Assembly: GCF_009914755.1 (NCBI RefSeq)
Contig: NC_060926.1
Length of the DNA stretch: 64,000 bases
Origin: the human T2T-CHM13v2.0 reference genome, Homo sapiens
Direction: 5' to 3' (one strand)
Shown: in pieces, positions 26,236 to 40,312 of the stretch
Layout: the number at the start of each line of letters is the position of its first letter
Numbering within the stretch: the first letter of the stretch is position 1
Translations under genes and position numbers: made by a program
The notes under the pieces: generated by a model
Database searches by the model: none
Seen by the model: the letters and a program-made list of their open reading frames with translations, nothing else
What the model was told of the DNA's origin: nothing

Positions 26236-27439
26236 GCTCAATAAGGTGCTACCATGTATCATAAAAAGTTGTAAAAAATTCAATTAGATTTGTTATTTAA
26301 CAGTCTTTTTGCCACTGTACTTTAAGTATGGTAAGCTATTCTTCACACGTTTCATTTCTATTTTGTGGATATACATTGAAACTCACATCAAAATTTAAAA
26401 TATTTAAAAGTATTTTATTGTGATCTACCCAAAAAGCACTGAGAAGTGCAGTTTTACAATTCTGCTAACAATTACCAAGGTCTTATTATTTTTCCCCCTT
26501 TCCTCCAAGTATATGTACTTTAAAGTATCTTGGTATTTGAATCATATTCTGCAGCACGCACCTCACATTCCCTATTTCTTAGAGGTGCATGCCTAACACT
26601 CCCATCCATAAGTTACCACTGCCTTTTCTGTACAAGAATCCAACTGTTCAATCTCTGCTCATATGCCTTCTTGAGATTCTGTTGGAACATGCCCAAGTAT
26701 TGCCTGAACATGACCCCTTTGTGTGGATTCATGCACAGTTATATGCACAGCCAATCTGCCAGTCCGGACCGACAGCCTCACACCAAATCCTCCATTTCTC
26801 AGCAGGAATCCAGCAAACCAGATGTCAAGTGCATATTTCCTGAGTACTTTATGGGATCCACAGAGAGGTTCTCACAGTATGCTTCAGGCCTCAGTTTAGT
26901 GCAACTTGTCAGAATGAATTGTTTCATTTCTCTACCACAAATGCCAGGTTGAGAAGAAATTTTTAAAAGAAAATTCTGCATAAGGGTTTAGGCTTTCATA
27001 TTCTTAATTAAAATCCCATGGACTTGTGGTTGGGATAAGGTCCTGGGGCTGGGGATGGGGAGTGCAAGAGACTTACTTCTTGAATGAGGTGGAAAGTAGG
27101 ACAATATCCTCTGTCTCAGCATATTCAACCACAAGATGGGAGAAGAATTCCCTCCATGATCTTGAGGACATCCCCAAAGGGGGCTGAGAAGACTCATGAC
27201 ATTAGGACACAAGGCAGGGTTTCAAGAAGGGGTTCTTTCTCCTTAACCTAGAGAAATACAAACTTTAGCAAAAGGGCATTGGACATATTCTCATTTGTTC
27301 TCTGGATTTTTCTGACCTGGTGTTCCTCATTGGACCATACATGGCTATTTGCTTATTTCATAAATGCATGGTGGAATTCTTCTCCCTGAATAATTTGGTA
27401 TCTACAAGTTAATCTTTCATGCAAAGGACACCTTTAGTG

Positions 27440-27680
27440 CATAATGGTTATAACTTGGTTTCTGCATCAGACAGAGTTGGGTAAGAACACTGAGTTTGCT
27501 ACTCCTTAGTGAAGAGTCTTTGGGAAAGTCACAGACTCAGTTTTCACATGTATAGAGTGAGTGGACAGTGTGCATGTCATTCAGTATCATTGCCAGTTAA
27601 CTGGAAGACTGTGTGTGCCGTGCTTAGCCAAGTCCTTCACAGAGTCAATACTCCATATATATTAGCTGTTATGTGTTGTT
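27440..27680 (+). mobile_element. MIR
   Basis: ATAATGGTTA...TCAGACAGAGTTGGG...CTCAGTTTTCACAT...GTGCTTAGC...TATTAGCTGTTA. Confidence 0.65.
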
Positions 27681-27990
27681 AATAATACTGTTGATATTGC
27701 AATTCTAGTAATTATTGTTGATTCTTACGCATTACAGCCCTTTCATCAACTATATTGCAAGATAGAGATCTTCTGATGACATGGAAGTTATCCACACATT
27801 CTGCTTTCTAAATTAATGGTGCCATATTTATTGTAGGTTCCCAGTTCCCTCTCAATGGAGTTATATGCATTTTCCACCATCACTGACTGTTGTTGTCCTT
27901 AACTTTTTAGTTCTTCATCTATTAGCCACAGTCTGACTTCTGCACCCTGTTCCACTTTTGACACTGAGTGACAATCTCATCTAACCTGTA

Positions 27991-28086
27991 CAGATGGTCC
28001 CTGACCTTCCATGATTTAGCTTAGAATTTTTCAGTTTATGACCAGTTTGTTGGATTGTAACCCCATTGTATGTCAAGGAGTATCTG
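27991..28086 (-). mobile_element. MER47-type short Tigger MITE
   Basis: ~96 bp with TIR-like ends CAGATGGTCCCTGAC...GTCAAGGAGTATCTG, preceded by TA. Confidence 0.75.
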
Positions 28087-28389
28087 CATTTTTGAGCCAA
28101 GCTTGAGAAAACACACTATCTCAGTGGGTTCAGAGCCAGCAGCCACTGGCAGGATATTGACCAAGCTGTAGACTGAACATTTACACTTGGGTTATTCTTG
28201 GTGCCTACAAAGCCATTGCACAGTGGGCAGTGGTCACTTCTTTGGTTTGCCCTGTTCAAGTCCCTGAGATCCTTACTGTTACTGTATCCTTATCTCAAAA
28301 TTCAGTTTATGTGGGTCTGGAACTTACTGGACAGTCTCCACCCAGGACACAACCCCTTTTATCCTTCAGACTGATATTCTAGAAGTGTA

Positions 28390-28710
28390 TGACATTCTAC
28401 AAGCCCACTTGACTGCAGACATCACCTACCCCCTCCTATACATATCCATATCCACTCTATCCTTCCTTTGAAGCTTTTTCACAAACTACTTATCAACTCC
28501 AATCTACTCCCCCAGCCTCCCTTAATTATTACAATCATCATTGATATTTTGCTTCTTATTATTTTCCTTAAGTATGCATTATATTTTTCTTTGTTTGAGA
28601 CTTGACTCCTTTGAAGGTAGAGATCACCTCTGAGATTTCCCTGTATCTTCCACGTGTCAGCCCTGATGCACAATATCTGTTAATAGATAGATTGATTGAG
28701 TTACAGAATA
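28390..28710 (+). mobile_element. L2 3' fragment
   Basis: ACTTGACTCCTTTGAAGGTAGAGATCAC, followed by a decayed ATTGATTGA tail. Confidence 0.5.
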
Positions 28711-28789
28711 AAGAAAGCACTTTCTATCTTTGCATAGCTAAAAATCGTGGAGACTGTCAAAAAGACAGTATGTTAGAGAATGTACATTT

Positions 28790-29000
28790 CAACTAAAGGA
28801 ATCCTGACCTTAAAGTATTAAGGCTTTGGTTCAAATATCAGGTCTTTCTCCTACTCATCTGTTAATTTTGGAGTAGAATTTAACCTTTTTATTGTCAGTT
28901 TGCTCATTTTAAAAATACAGGTAATATATCTACTTACTTTTATTCTTGAGGACTGAATTCAATAATGTATGTGGAAATGCTTTGGAAAGTATTGTTATTA
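28790..29000 (+). mobile_element. MIR
   Basis: GGTTCAAAT...CAGTTTGCTCATTTTAAAA...TGAGGACTGAATTCAATAATGTATGTGGAAATGCTT. Confidence 0.65.
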
Positions 29001-29032
29001 CAGGGAATTTTATCTTTATAAGAAATAATGTC

Positions 29033-29320
29033 GCCGGACACAGTGGCTCATGCCTGTAATCCCAGCACTTTGAGAGGCCGAGGCAGATGGACCATGAGGT
29101 CAGGAGTTCAAGACCAGCTTGGCCAATATAGTGAAACCCCATCTCTACTAAAAATACAAAAATTAGCCATGGCGGGTGCCTGTAATCCCAGATACTTGGG
29201 AGGCTGAGGCTTGACCTGGGAGGCGGAGGTAGCAGTGACCTGAGATCACGCCACTGCACTCCAGCCTGGAAGACAAAGCAAGACTCTGTCTCAAAAAAAA
29301 AAAAAAAAAAAAAAGAAAGA
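29033..29320 (+). mobile_element. AluS (Sg-like) with small internal deletions
   Basis: CATGAGGTCAGGAGTTCAAGACCAGC, with TSD AAGAAATA(A/G)TGTC. Confidence 0.93.
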
Positions 29321-32300
29321 AAGAAATAGTGTCAAGATGAATTTCTGGTTACCTTTTTATGATTACCACAATCCTTATATCATAACTACATAATATTTAG
29401 TTTTGAAGAAATGATTCCACTGCTGAGATCTGTGTACTGTTTCAGTCCTCATTTGCAGGTGTATTGTTGATTCAAAACTGTTAACTACTGGTGGCCTTTC
29501 CACTGGGAAGATGATCATGGCTGTTTTACTCATATGGTCACATTCAGATCCTGCATAGAAAGAGAAGTACTTATACAAGTTCCTGGCCTCAAACACTGAA
29601 ATGGGAAAAAGAAAAATTCTTATAAAAGAAAAAAAAAAGACAAGTAAGTACAATTCATTGGTTGTACTCAGATCAAACTGCTGCTCTCATGCACTTGAGT
29701 TGAGCTATCCCCTATTCCCTGTGGGTGGGCTCTGGGAGGCAGCCAAGAACACGGACACTGGTGATTTGGGAGCCCCTCAATGATATTGTAAACAAAAATG
29801 AAAGAGGCTGGTTTGACTTTGATTTTTCCCTTGAATCAGTTACTTTTTAAAAACCAATTACTTCTAGTGAATATTTGTCTTTCCTGTTCAGCAAATTATT
29901 TATTTAAATAGTTCTTAAGAAACAGCTCTTCGGAATTCTGTTTAGAAGGAATGCTTTGAACATCTAAGATTCCACGTTCCTTTATTAGTCATATGCTGCA
30001 ATCCCTAATCAGATCTCTTTACACAGAGTCCTGTAGGCTCTCCGCTCAGGCAGTTCTCTTAAGAAATGATGAACTGCTCTATTGGCAGCCGCCACAGGGT
30101 GAGAAGCTCAATCAGTGTGCCACTTAACTGGCTTAAAAAAGAAAAAAACCACAGTTGGGCAAAGCCTTTGGTTAATATTATTGCTCAAGTAAAAATTTTA
30201 TTACCCTCTGCAGAGTTCACAAAGAAGAGGCATTAGGCTGGCAAGCAGAGCTGGTGGGATTTACCTTTGACGTAGTGAGCTCCTTGAAGCTACAACAATG
30301 CCATATGCATCCTGTCACAGTGTCTGGTAGAAGGTACACAGTAGGTGCCTGCAAAATTAATGATTACATGGATTGAGTCCAGCCATGCATATGATATTTA
30401 GATCTTGTCTATGGCCCTCTTGCCAGCCAAACCCTTGTTCATTTTATTCTGGAGCACCTCCACTAACAGGGAACTCAACTCTGGATATAGTAACAAGGGC
30501 CGAGATGACTCAAGACAAAAGTGCTAGTTTTTTATCTTCCCATTCTTCCTTTTGCCTCCAGTGCATTCAGTTGCTAAAGGGGAAAGGTGCGAACAACTGA
30601 ATACATAATTTTCCACAGTGTATTCAGTGGTTAGTACCTTTCCCCATCTTCTTAAACCAATGCTATCTAAAGGCTTTCTCCTTAACACATCCCTTGCCCT
30701 ATCAAAGCCCACTCCCAAGAAACATTTTGAAAAATATTTCACTCTGACATATGTGCAGACAATGGTAGGTCAGAAGACTCTTTCCTCTTGGGGACATTCG
30801 TATTTTACCAGAGCCCAAATCTTTAAGTAAAAAAAACTCATTATTCACTATAAGTGAAATTTCAGGCTCCCATCAGTGGCTGGAAGAACATTCCTCTATC
30901 TCCCCTTGCCAGCTGCAAAGCCTTCTGGGAGCCTCATATCATCTCCCGTGGGCAGCTGTCTTGTGTCCCTGGGCAGAATCACTCTTCAAGAAAGCATCAG
31001 CAAGCATCACAGGAGGCTGAAGCACGAGAATCACTTATCTGTATAAGAAATAGTGTCAAGATGAATTGTTGTGTCCTCAAGGGTAGCAAGCTCTCCCTCA
31101 TTCCTTCTCAGATATCTTGCATTACCCTATTTTACTAACGAAAAAATATTCTCTAATTTAAGCACAATGGCATATTTTATTTTCCTAATGAACTACTTTC
31201 TGTGATTTTGGACTATCCCATTGCTGAAATGTTTTATCTGATTTTTGATGCTCTAATGATCCCAATAAATTATAAACATTTTGCATTAAATGAACTCTTT
31301 TGTGGACACTCTAATCCGTCCTGAAGAAAGTCAGGTTGTCTCCTGAGTTTGAGGGGACGGCCAGCACTTTTAATGGAAAGTGGTTCTTATTGGAGCCAAC
31401 CCTAGACCCAGGGCTGGCAAGCAGCAGAAGCTCTGAGCATATGCCCAGGTGATGAAGATTTGTAAACTAGGTCCTGATGGTGCCCCATACATCAGGAGGC
31501 ACATTGCAGCCTGGGAAAAGAGTATGTTGATTTTTGCCCCCTCTCAAAGATCCGTAGAAAATGCTAACAGCACAAGAAAATGTGAGAATTAAAGGAAGAA
31601 CATGCCTATCGCTCTTGTCGCCAGATTGGTTCTGGTAGGCATGACTTTCCCTTTGGAACCCGGTGGAGATCTTTTTCAATGGAGCTCTTGCATGAGACAT
31701 GGAGGGGTCCTGCTTTTGTTTCCATGGAAAAAATTGCTGAACAAATGTATTTTATATACTGCTAGTTGCTCCCCATCATTGATACAAATATCCAGATAGC
31801 AAAGTAGCAGTGGAAACAGTAAAATGAATGCATGAATTTGGCAGCTTGGATATAAAGAACAGAGATTGTTTCAAAGGAGAAAAGACAGCCTGCAGATGAT
31901 CAGGGCATGTATGTAGATGAGGGTAACAGCAAGGACGCAGGCACAAATATGAATAGAGGACGTGGGCGATCCAGCTGAGCAGAGGACACAGAGCCTCGGA
32001 GCCCCTTCTTACTTGAATATTTCAAGCGGAGGGAGGGGAGCAACATATTTCACTCCTTTGCATAGTAAGTGTCTGGGATCATTAGGACCCAAAGTAAAAA
32101 AAAGAAAATAATTTGACAAAATGCCCAGAGGCAAAACATGATATAAAGCATGACATTTTTCATGTATGTGTAGGCTTGTTTCAAAATGGGCATTGCTTCT
32201 GAAAAGGAGAGCTTTAAAAAAATGTAGATACTGAGTCAACTTTTAGCTCTCTCAGCTAATGAAATTGCAGGGGATAAGCAAGGAAAGCACTTTTTTTGAA

Positions 32301-34107
32301 AAAAGACAGAAAATCAAAAGTATTTATGTGTGGTGTTGAGAGCTATGTGTAAGTATGTGTGTGTGTACACAGATTTAGCATTCTGTGCATTTCTTGAGTT
32401 AATGTTAAAATAGATTTGCCTTTTATGAATACACTTCAGGAGAACTGGAGAGGTGCAATATTAGACCTGATTTCTAGTTTCCATGCCATTGCTACCTGGC
32501 TGTGTAATCCTGGAGACGTCTGATAACATCTCTTGGTGTCACTGACAAAATAAAGGAATTGGTCTTGATATCTTCTTGAGGTGTGCCTAAGCTATAAAAG
32601 GTAGTGATTTTGTTAGAGTGTTCAAGAATATGCCAAATCTGTCCTATGACAATGGAGCTACGTATATGTATTGGTGCTCGGGGGGACAGATGGAAGACAT
32701 AAGAAGAGAGAGATAAAAATAACCCAGTAAGGAAAAGAAAGATGAATGTTTGGGGGCAGAAAAGGTGGATCATTGAGCACAGAAGTGAATACTGCAGGTA
32801 GGCTTAATGATCTCTGCTGTAGCTATTGATTCATTTCAAGCATCTCTATCAAAGGGCTGGGACATGATATGAGCAGGGATTCTATGTCTGCCCTCAGAAG
32901 CCCACTCCAGTGCAGTGGAGGTGGCTGTGGGCACTGCAGGCTTAGTCCCAGCTTTGGCTGATCCCACCCTGGTTGTCTGAATCACAGTGTGAGACCAGTT
33001 CCCTTGCCCTGCTGGGATAATCAGTCCCTCTCAATCATGGGTCCCAGTAGAGCCCCATATGCTGGAGTGGCCCAAGTGATGGGCAAGGAGGGAAGGAGGT
33101 GGTCCCTAAGAATGAGAGAAAGTGACCAGGTAGGCAGAAGTAAAGTTACCATTGAAAGTAAGAATGGTAAAGTTACCATTGAAAGAAAGAAAGTTTTTTT
33201 TTTTAAAGTATAATAAGTCCAATATTTTGCAAATAGAAAGACTGTCTTTTAATTTTCCTCTTCCCATGGTTTCCTCATTACTGTCCACAGCCAAGGCTGA
33301 ATCTTGAAGCTCCTGGCATGAGCAGCAGCCTGGAGGACAAGCCCGTTGCTCATTATGTCTCAAAGCTCACTTTCTCAAATTTCTCAGAAAGTGATGATTT
33401 TAAAAGCCAGTTTTGTGGGGAGAGGAAGGGATTTCTAAATGACAAAAACCTACACAAAGAGGAAGAACTGATGGATTCTGTCTTTGAATTTGACCATGTG
33501 TCAAGGACAGAGGGAACTCAGAATAGACTGTGAGCAGGGAAGCCTTCCACTTCCTTTCAGGAAATAGGAAGATGCAGAGATTAGGGGTGAAAAGTAGCGC
33601 CTAGGTGGACCTGTCATCTCTCCTCGCTGAGTTGCTTATAAGTTGCAGAGTTTTGCATGTGCACCCAAGGGAGGAGGGGACATTTGTCTGTGATCTTGAC
33701 TAGGAAGGTGGGATAGAAGAATGTCACAGCAAAGTAGAAACTGACTGGGAGTTGAGGGCTGTGGGATGGGCCATTTAGCAGGGACAGCTGAGGTACTAAA
33801 TTCCTTCCATAATATGATATGTAATGAACCACAGTGTATTCAGGTGTAAGGAAGTGCCATATTTTATTCAAGAAATTCTTTATTCTTATGCATTAGGATA
33901 TTTCCAGTTTCTTCACAAAATTACACTTTAGATCAAGAACACAAAGCCAATACTTGAAAACTTAATTTTCTGTCTTTGTTATCAGTGAAGTAGAATTACT
34001 TCATTGGAGAGTGATGGCTCTGTGGCCTAGACCAATGGAACACAAAAACGAAACTAAACAACACAAATTAGACCTGCTGAATCAGAACCGTGGATGATGG
34101 GAGCTGC

Positions 34108-34745
34108 CCTGTTGGTGAGAATGTAAATTAGTACAATCGCTATGGAAAACAGTATGGAGATTTTTCAAAGAACTAAAAATACAACTACTGCTCAATCCAG
34201 CAATCCCTCTACTAGTTATCTACCCAAAGGAACAGAAATCATTATGTCAAAACGATACCTGCACTTGTATATTTATTGCAGCACTATGCACAATAGCAGA
34301 GTCATGGATTCAATCTAAGTGTCCATCAATGGATAACTGGATAAAGAAATGATATATATCCATATCTATATATACTATATACCATCAAAAAGAATGAAAT
34401 TATGTCTCTTGCGCCAACATGGATAGAATTAGAGGCCATGATCTTAAGTGAAATAACTCAGAAATAGAAAGTCAAAAACTGTTGCTCTCACCTGTAAGTG
34501 GGAGTTAAATAATGTGTACACCTAGACACAGAGAATGGAATGATAGATACTGGAGACTCAGAAAGGTAAGTCAGTGGGAGGTGAGTGAGGGATGAGAAAT
34601 TATCTAATGGGGACAATGTGCATGATTCAGGTGATGGATACCCTAAAAATCCAGACTCCACCACCACACAATATATTCATGCAAGAAAACTGCACTTGTA
34701 CCCCCTAAATCTATAAAAATAAAAGAAAATAAATGTAAAAAATTA
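34108..34745 (+). mobile_element. L1 3' end (L1PB/L1MA type), 5'-truncated, inside a MER5-like remnant
   Basis: TGTTGGTGAGAATGTAAATTAGTACA...AAACTGCACTTGTACCCCCTAAATCTATAAAAATAAAA. The flanks AGACCTGCTGAATCAGAA and AGCTTTAAGAACC resemble MER5. Confidence 0.9.
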
Positions 34746-35226
34746 CAATAAATTAACAGTCTCCATAGATAATTCTGGTGGACATCCAGCTTTAAGAACC
34801 TTTTACTAATGAGGCCATGGAGACATTGTTTTCTATTTATGAATTTAAGAATCATTTTGTTTCTAAGTCTCTTGTCCTTTGGTTATAATTCTAGTTAAAG
34901 TTCTGAACTCCACTAAAGAACAAACAATAACAACAAAAAATGCAAGCTTGCTGATGTTTGCTTAGAAGCATGAGTTTTCCCCTAGCCTTGTCACAAAACA
35001 CAAGTTGAGTTTATGTTCAAACAAGGAGGATGATAGTTGAGTTTGTGAGCTTTATTCTACTGGGTTTATGGGGAGATGCTTATTATTTTCTCTGCGCAGT
35101 TACATATCCAATTTAGCACCAAGAAGCATCTCAGTGAGAGTGGGCATCATTGCTCACGCTGGATTCCATAGAACACTTGTGTACCAAGAAAGAAAGTAAA
35201 ATATTTGAGTGTCAAAATAAATTTGT

Positions 35227-35547
<321 letters not shown>

Positions 35548-35799
35548 CTTGTAAAATGAAGTAAGTATTCTCCCATGAGGTTCATAATTGGTAATAGAAA
35601 TGCTTAAGGTGATGAAAACTCCTATAGGGTAAAGAATTGTTTAGCTCATTTTTCTGACAAAATTGAACCTTTTATTTTAACAATTTGTGGGACACTGATG
35701 TATTATGGAATACCATGATGTGGGAAATGCTAACCTGTGACATGCCACAGAAAAGCCTTCATAAATAGCTCTCTGGTTATGGCAGAAAGAAAATGGGCT

Positions 35800-35990
35800 T
35801 TACTTTAACTCCAGCTGTATAAATTGGTTCTAATACTTCATTCCAGCGACACCAAAAATAAACCACTTAATTTTCCCAAGCTTCAATTTCTTCACTTTTA
35901 AGATAGGGGCAATATGAGGACCAAGGGAATTAATGTAGCTGCAGTCAGTGAGGTGTCTGCCATGGAGGAGATATTGCATTGGTGTTGGTC
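35800..35990 (+). mobile_element. MIR
   Basis: CCACTTAATTTTCCCAAGCTTCAATTTCTTCAC...GAGGACCAAGGGAATTAATG. Confidence 0.5.
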
Positions 35991-36689
35991 AAGCTTACCT
36001 TGGGTTCTCTGTCCTTGGCAGAATTTTTATAAGAGCAGCTGAATGTGTCCCATGTAATCAAGTACAAGGCCAACTCATTTGCATGCCTTGGCAGCAAATC
36101 AGTCAGGCTCTTGTTTAATGATCTGAGCTTACCCTCCTAATATATGAGCCCACCATGTCTCTAAGCTCCTGCAAGGTAGATTCCATGCTTCACTCATCAT
36201 TAAACCCCCAATACGGAGCCACCATTGTCTGCTTGAAGCTGTGCCATGGTATAGCGCTGATTCAAACATGGCGATATATAGTAGGAATTGGTATTTGCTA
36301 TCCCTTTTTGTTACAGTCTTATCTTGGCCATTCTAGTTAAATATCTGGGGTTCTTCCCTCTTGATAGAGGCCCTTCTCCAGACCCATAAGCAAGAGTGGA
36401 TGAGGGCTGGCTGGTAGGGACTTCAAGTTAGACAAGACATTCTTGCAGGAGACAGGGGTCCACCGTTCCACAACATGGCAGCATCTGCTCCCAACAATTT
36501 GCAACTACGTGTGCAGTTTTATGCTTGCAGAACTGAAATCAAATGTAAAACATCATATTTCCTGGCACTGTGGGAAAACTGCATTTGCAGTGAATAGTCC
36601 TAAAAACACAAGAAATGAGGATGCAGAGTGGGGCCCTGCCACCCACTGACTGGCTCACATGGGTGGGTTCCTGCTGTACATTTCACTTT

Positions 36690-36950
36690 CTTTATCTCTT
36701 TTATTCTTCACAGCATCTTGTGAAATAGGTGCTATTGTCTTCCTGTTAGATGATGCTGAGTATTTAAGTGAAGTGCCAAGCATATTGTATAGATATGTCT
36801 TCAGTAAAATGAAACCGATAGATTTTTGCCCCTAGAGGAAGAGATACGCTCAGATCAATTTAGCCACTTGCCCAAGGTCATGGAGTAAAACCAAAATTTA
36901 AACCTGGTATTTTGACTCAAAGATCTATGCAGTTTCTGCTCTAATATATG
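36690..36950 (-). mobile_element. MIR fragments
   Basis: TCTTCACAGCATCTTGTGAAATAGGTGCTATT and ACTTGCCCAAGGTCA...TGACTCAAAG. Confidence 0.6.
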
Positions 36951-37029
36951 ATCTTCCAGAATAGACACAGAAAGGCTTTGTTTGCTGTGGTATAAAGCTA
37001 TTCTTTCTCACTCTATCTTTTGTTTTAAC

Positions 37030-37406
37030 CTTTTAAAACTAAAATACAACATAAATATAGAAATATGAAATAATCACAGATACATCTTAATGATTTATTA
37101 TACAACTAATACTGATAAACCCCCACTCTGTTTCTGAATGAGAGCATTTCTCCACTCCAGAAACCTTCCTCATGAATCTCCCAGGCCCACCCAGAGAAAG
37201 GGTAGCCACTCAGTGAGTAACCATCTTTGCTTTTCTTCAGTTTGTCTGTTCCTCCAACCACCATAGTTTAGTTTTGCCTCCTTTAGGAGACTTATATTAA
37301 TGGATGACACAGAACTTATTGTTTGGCGTTTTACTTCTTTCCATCAAACAATTTGCTCATGAGATTCATTCAAGGTATTATATTCATTCATCCTATTTCA
37401 TTACTG
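37030..37406 (-). mobile_element. Old L1ME-like 3' fragment (host element; continues at 43184-43209 and 44451-44810)
   Basis: ATAGTTTAGTTTTGCCT, ATGAGATTCATTCA; the continuation GGACATTTATTTGC...GGCATTGCTGGTTCAAAGG is collinear. Confidence 0.6.
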
Positions 37407-37440
37407 TATGATGACCAGTCATCCCAGTTTTCCCAGAACC
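37407..37440 (-). mobile_element. MER81-like (hAT-Blackjack) MITE, first part
   Basis: TGACCAGTCATCCCAGTTTTCCCAG resembles the MER81 terminus. Confidence 0.5.
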
Positions 37441-39970
37441 AGACTGTTTATTCATCCATTTACCTGCTGAAGGGCATCTTGATTGTTTCTATGTTTTAGC
37501 AATTATGAATAAAGCTTCTATAGACACAATGTGCAGGTTTCTGTGTGGACGTGTTTCCACCTCCTTTGATAACGACCAAGGAATTCAGTTGCTGGATTGT
37601 ATGGTAAGAATATATTTAGTTTTGTAAGAAACTTCCAAACTGTCTTCCAAAGTGACTGTATCATGTTGTGTTCCCACAAGCAATGAATAAGAGTTCCTGT
37701 TGCACCACATCCTCACCAGCATTTCGTTCTGGATTTTGGCTTTACTAATAGGTGTTTAATGATGCTTCATTGTTGTTTTAGTTTGCATTTCCCTGATGAT
37801 ACAGAATGTGGAGCTTCTTTTCCTAGGCGTGTTTGTCATCTGTATATCTTCTTTGTTGAAGTGTCTGTTAAAGTCTTTGACCGATTTTTCAATCAGGTTG
37901 TCTGTGTTCTTATTGTTGAGTTTTAAATGTTCTTTGTGTATTTTGGGTAGCAATCTTTTAGCAGATATGCACTTTACAAATATTTTCTCCTATCTGTGGC
38001 TTGTACTCTATTTTCCTGACATTGTTTTTCATCGAGCGAATGTTTTTAGTTTTAATGAAGTCCAGCTTATTAGTACCTTTATTGTTGTATTTAAAAAGTA
38101 ATCGAGATATCCGAGGTCAGCTAGATTTTCTCCTATGTTATTTTTCAGAAGTTTTATAGTTTTGCATTTTTACCTTTAGATTTATGATCAATTTTGATTA
38201 AGATGTTGTGAAAAAAAATTGTAGACAATTGATATAAATTCTTCTTTAAGTATTTGATAGAATTCCCCAGTGAACCCATTTGGGCCTGACCCTTTCTGTT
38301 TTAGAAGGTAATTAATTAATTTTTTTTACAAAATATAGGCCTATTCATATTGTCTATTTTTGTGTGAGTTTAGACATCTTGTGTGTTTCAAGAAATTCTT
38401 TTGTTTCACCTAGATTTTCACATTTGCGGGCATAGAGTTGTTAACAGTACTCTTTGATTACCTTTATATGTCCATGGGACATGTAGTAATGTCTGCTCTT
38501 TAATTTCTGATATTAGTAATTTGTATTCTCTCACTTCATTTCTTAGCCTGGCTAAAGGCTTATCAATTTATTGCTCTTTTCAAATAAACAGCTGTTGGTT
38601 TTATTAATTTTCTCTATTGTCTTCCTGTTTTAAATTTATTTCCAGTCTAATTTTTATTATTTCTTTTACGGCTTACTTTAAATTTAATTTACTCTTCTTT
38701 TTCTAGTTTCTGAAGGTGAAAGCTTAGAAGAATGATTTTAGATTTTTCTCATGTATGCATTCAATGCTATAAATTTACCTCTAAGCAGTGCATTCCCTGC
38801 ATCCCACATATTCCAACAAATTATATTTTCATTTTCATCTAGTTCAAAATATTTTAAAATATCTCTTGATAGTCTCCATTGACTTCTGTGTTACTTAGAA
38901 GTATGTTATTAAATTTCCAAGTATTTTGGGATATTTCAGCTCTCTTTGTGTTATTGATATTTAGATTAATTCTATTTTGGTTTGAGAGCAAACATTGTAT
39001 GGTTTCTATTTTTTTGAACTGATTATGATTGTTTTATGGCTCAGAATGTGGTCTGTCTTTGTGACTATTCCATGTGAGCTTAAAAGAATGGATTTTCTGC
39101 TGTTGTTGAATGAAATGGTCTATAAATGTCAATTATATTCAGTTGATGGTGCTAGAAAGTTGAGCTATGTTCTTTATGATCTTCTGGCCTTGAAATATCC
39201 CCATTTCTGATACAGGGAGGTTTAAGTCTTTAACTATGATTGTGGATTAATGTTTCTTCCTAACGTTCTGTGTCCTGTACTTTGATGCTCTGTTAGTAGG
39301 CAAATACACATTAAGAACTGGTATGTCTTCTTGGAGTATTGACCCCTTTATCATTATATAAAGCCCTTCTTTTTCCCTAACTAATTTCTTTGCCATGAAA
39401 CCTACTCAGTCTGAAATTACATAAAGTGGGTTTCTTGTCAACAACATATAGAAAATAAGTTGAATCTTGTTTTTTGATCCACTCTGACAATCTTTGTCTT
39501 TCAAATCGTGTATTCAGAACATTGATGTTTAAGATGATTATTGATATAGTTGGATTAATATTTGTAATAGTTGTTATTTTTCTCTATTTGTTGCCCTCAG
39601 TTTTGTTCCTATTTTTGTCTTCCACACTTTTTCTGCCTATTGTGGTTTCATTTGAGCATTTTATATGATATTTCCTCTGCTTTTTTTAATCATATTATAT
39701 ATATACACACATATATGTGTGTATATGTGTGTGTATGTGTGTGTGTGTCTATGTGTATATACATGTATATATAATTTACTTTTTGCGGGTTGTTGCCCTA
39801 TATTTTGCAACATACATTAACAACAAATCCAAGTCTACTTTCAAATAACAATGTACCATTTCACAGGTAGAGCAATTATATATAATAACAAAATACTCCT
39901 AATTCCCTTCTTTGTGCCCTGTGTCATTGCTTTCCTTCATTTCCCTTATATATAGGCATATATGTATATA

Positions 39971-40312
39971 TTCTCATGCATCACATAATGACATTTTGGT
40001 TAATAACAGACTGCATGTATGATGGTGATCCCATGAGAATATAATACCATATTTTTGCTGTACCTTTTCCACATTTGGATATATTTAGATACACACATAC
40101 TTACCATTGTGTTACAATTGCCTACATTATTCAGTACTATGCTGTACAGGTTGGTAGCCTAGGAGCAATAGGCAATATCATATAGCCCAGGTGTATAGTA
40201 GGCGGTACCATCTAGATTTGTATAAATACATTCTATGATATTTACATAATGATGAAATCAACTAAGAACACAGTTCTCAAGATGTATCCCTGTCGTTATG
40301 TGACACATAATG
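39971..40312 (+). mobile_element. Tigger3a (Golem/MER7) MITE
   Basis: CTTACCATTGTGTTACAATTGCCTAC, AGCCTAGGAGCAATAGGC, GTATCCCTGTCGTTA; inserted into a TA-rich tract. Confidence 0.88.

Noticed and set aside
27032-27060. Possible G-quadruplex
   Set aside because: One 10-nt loop, isolated, with no supporting context.
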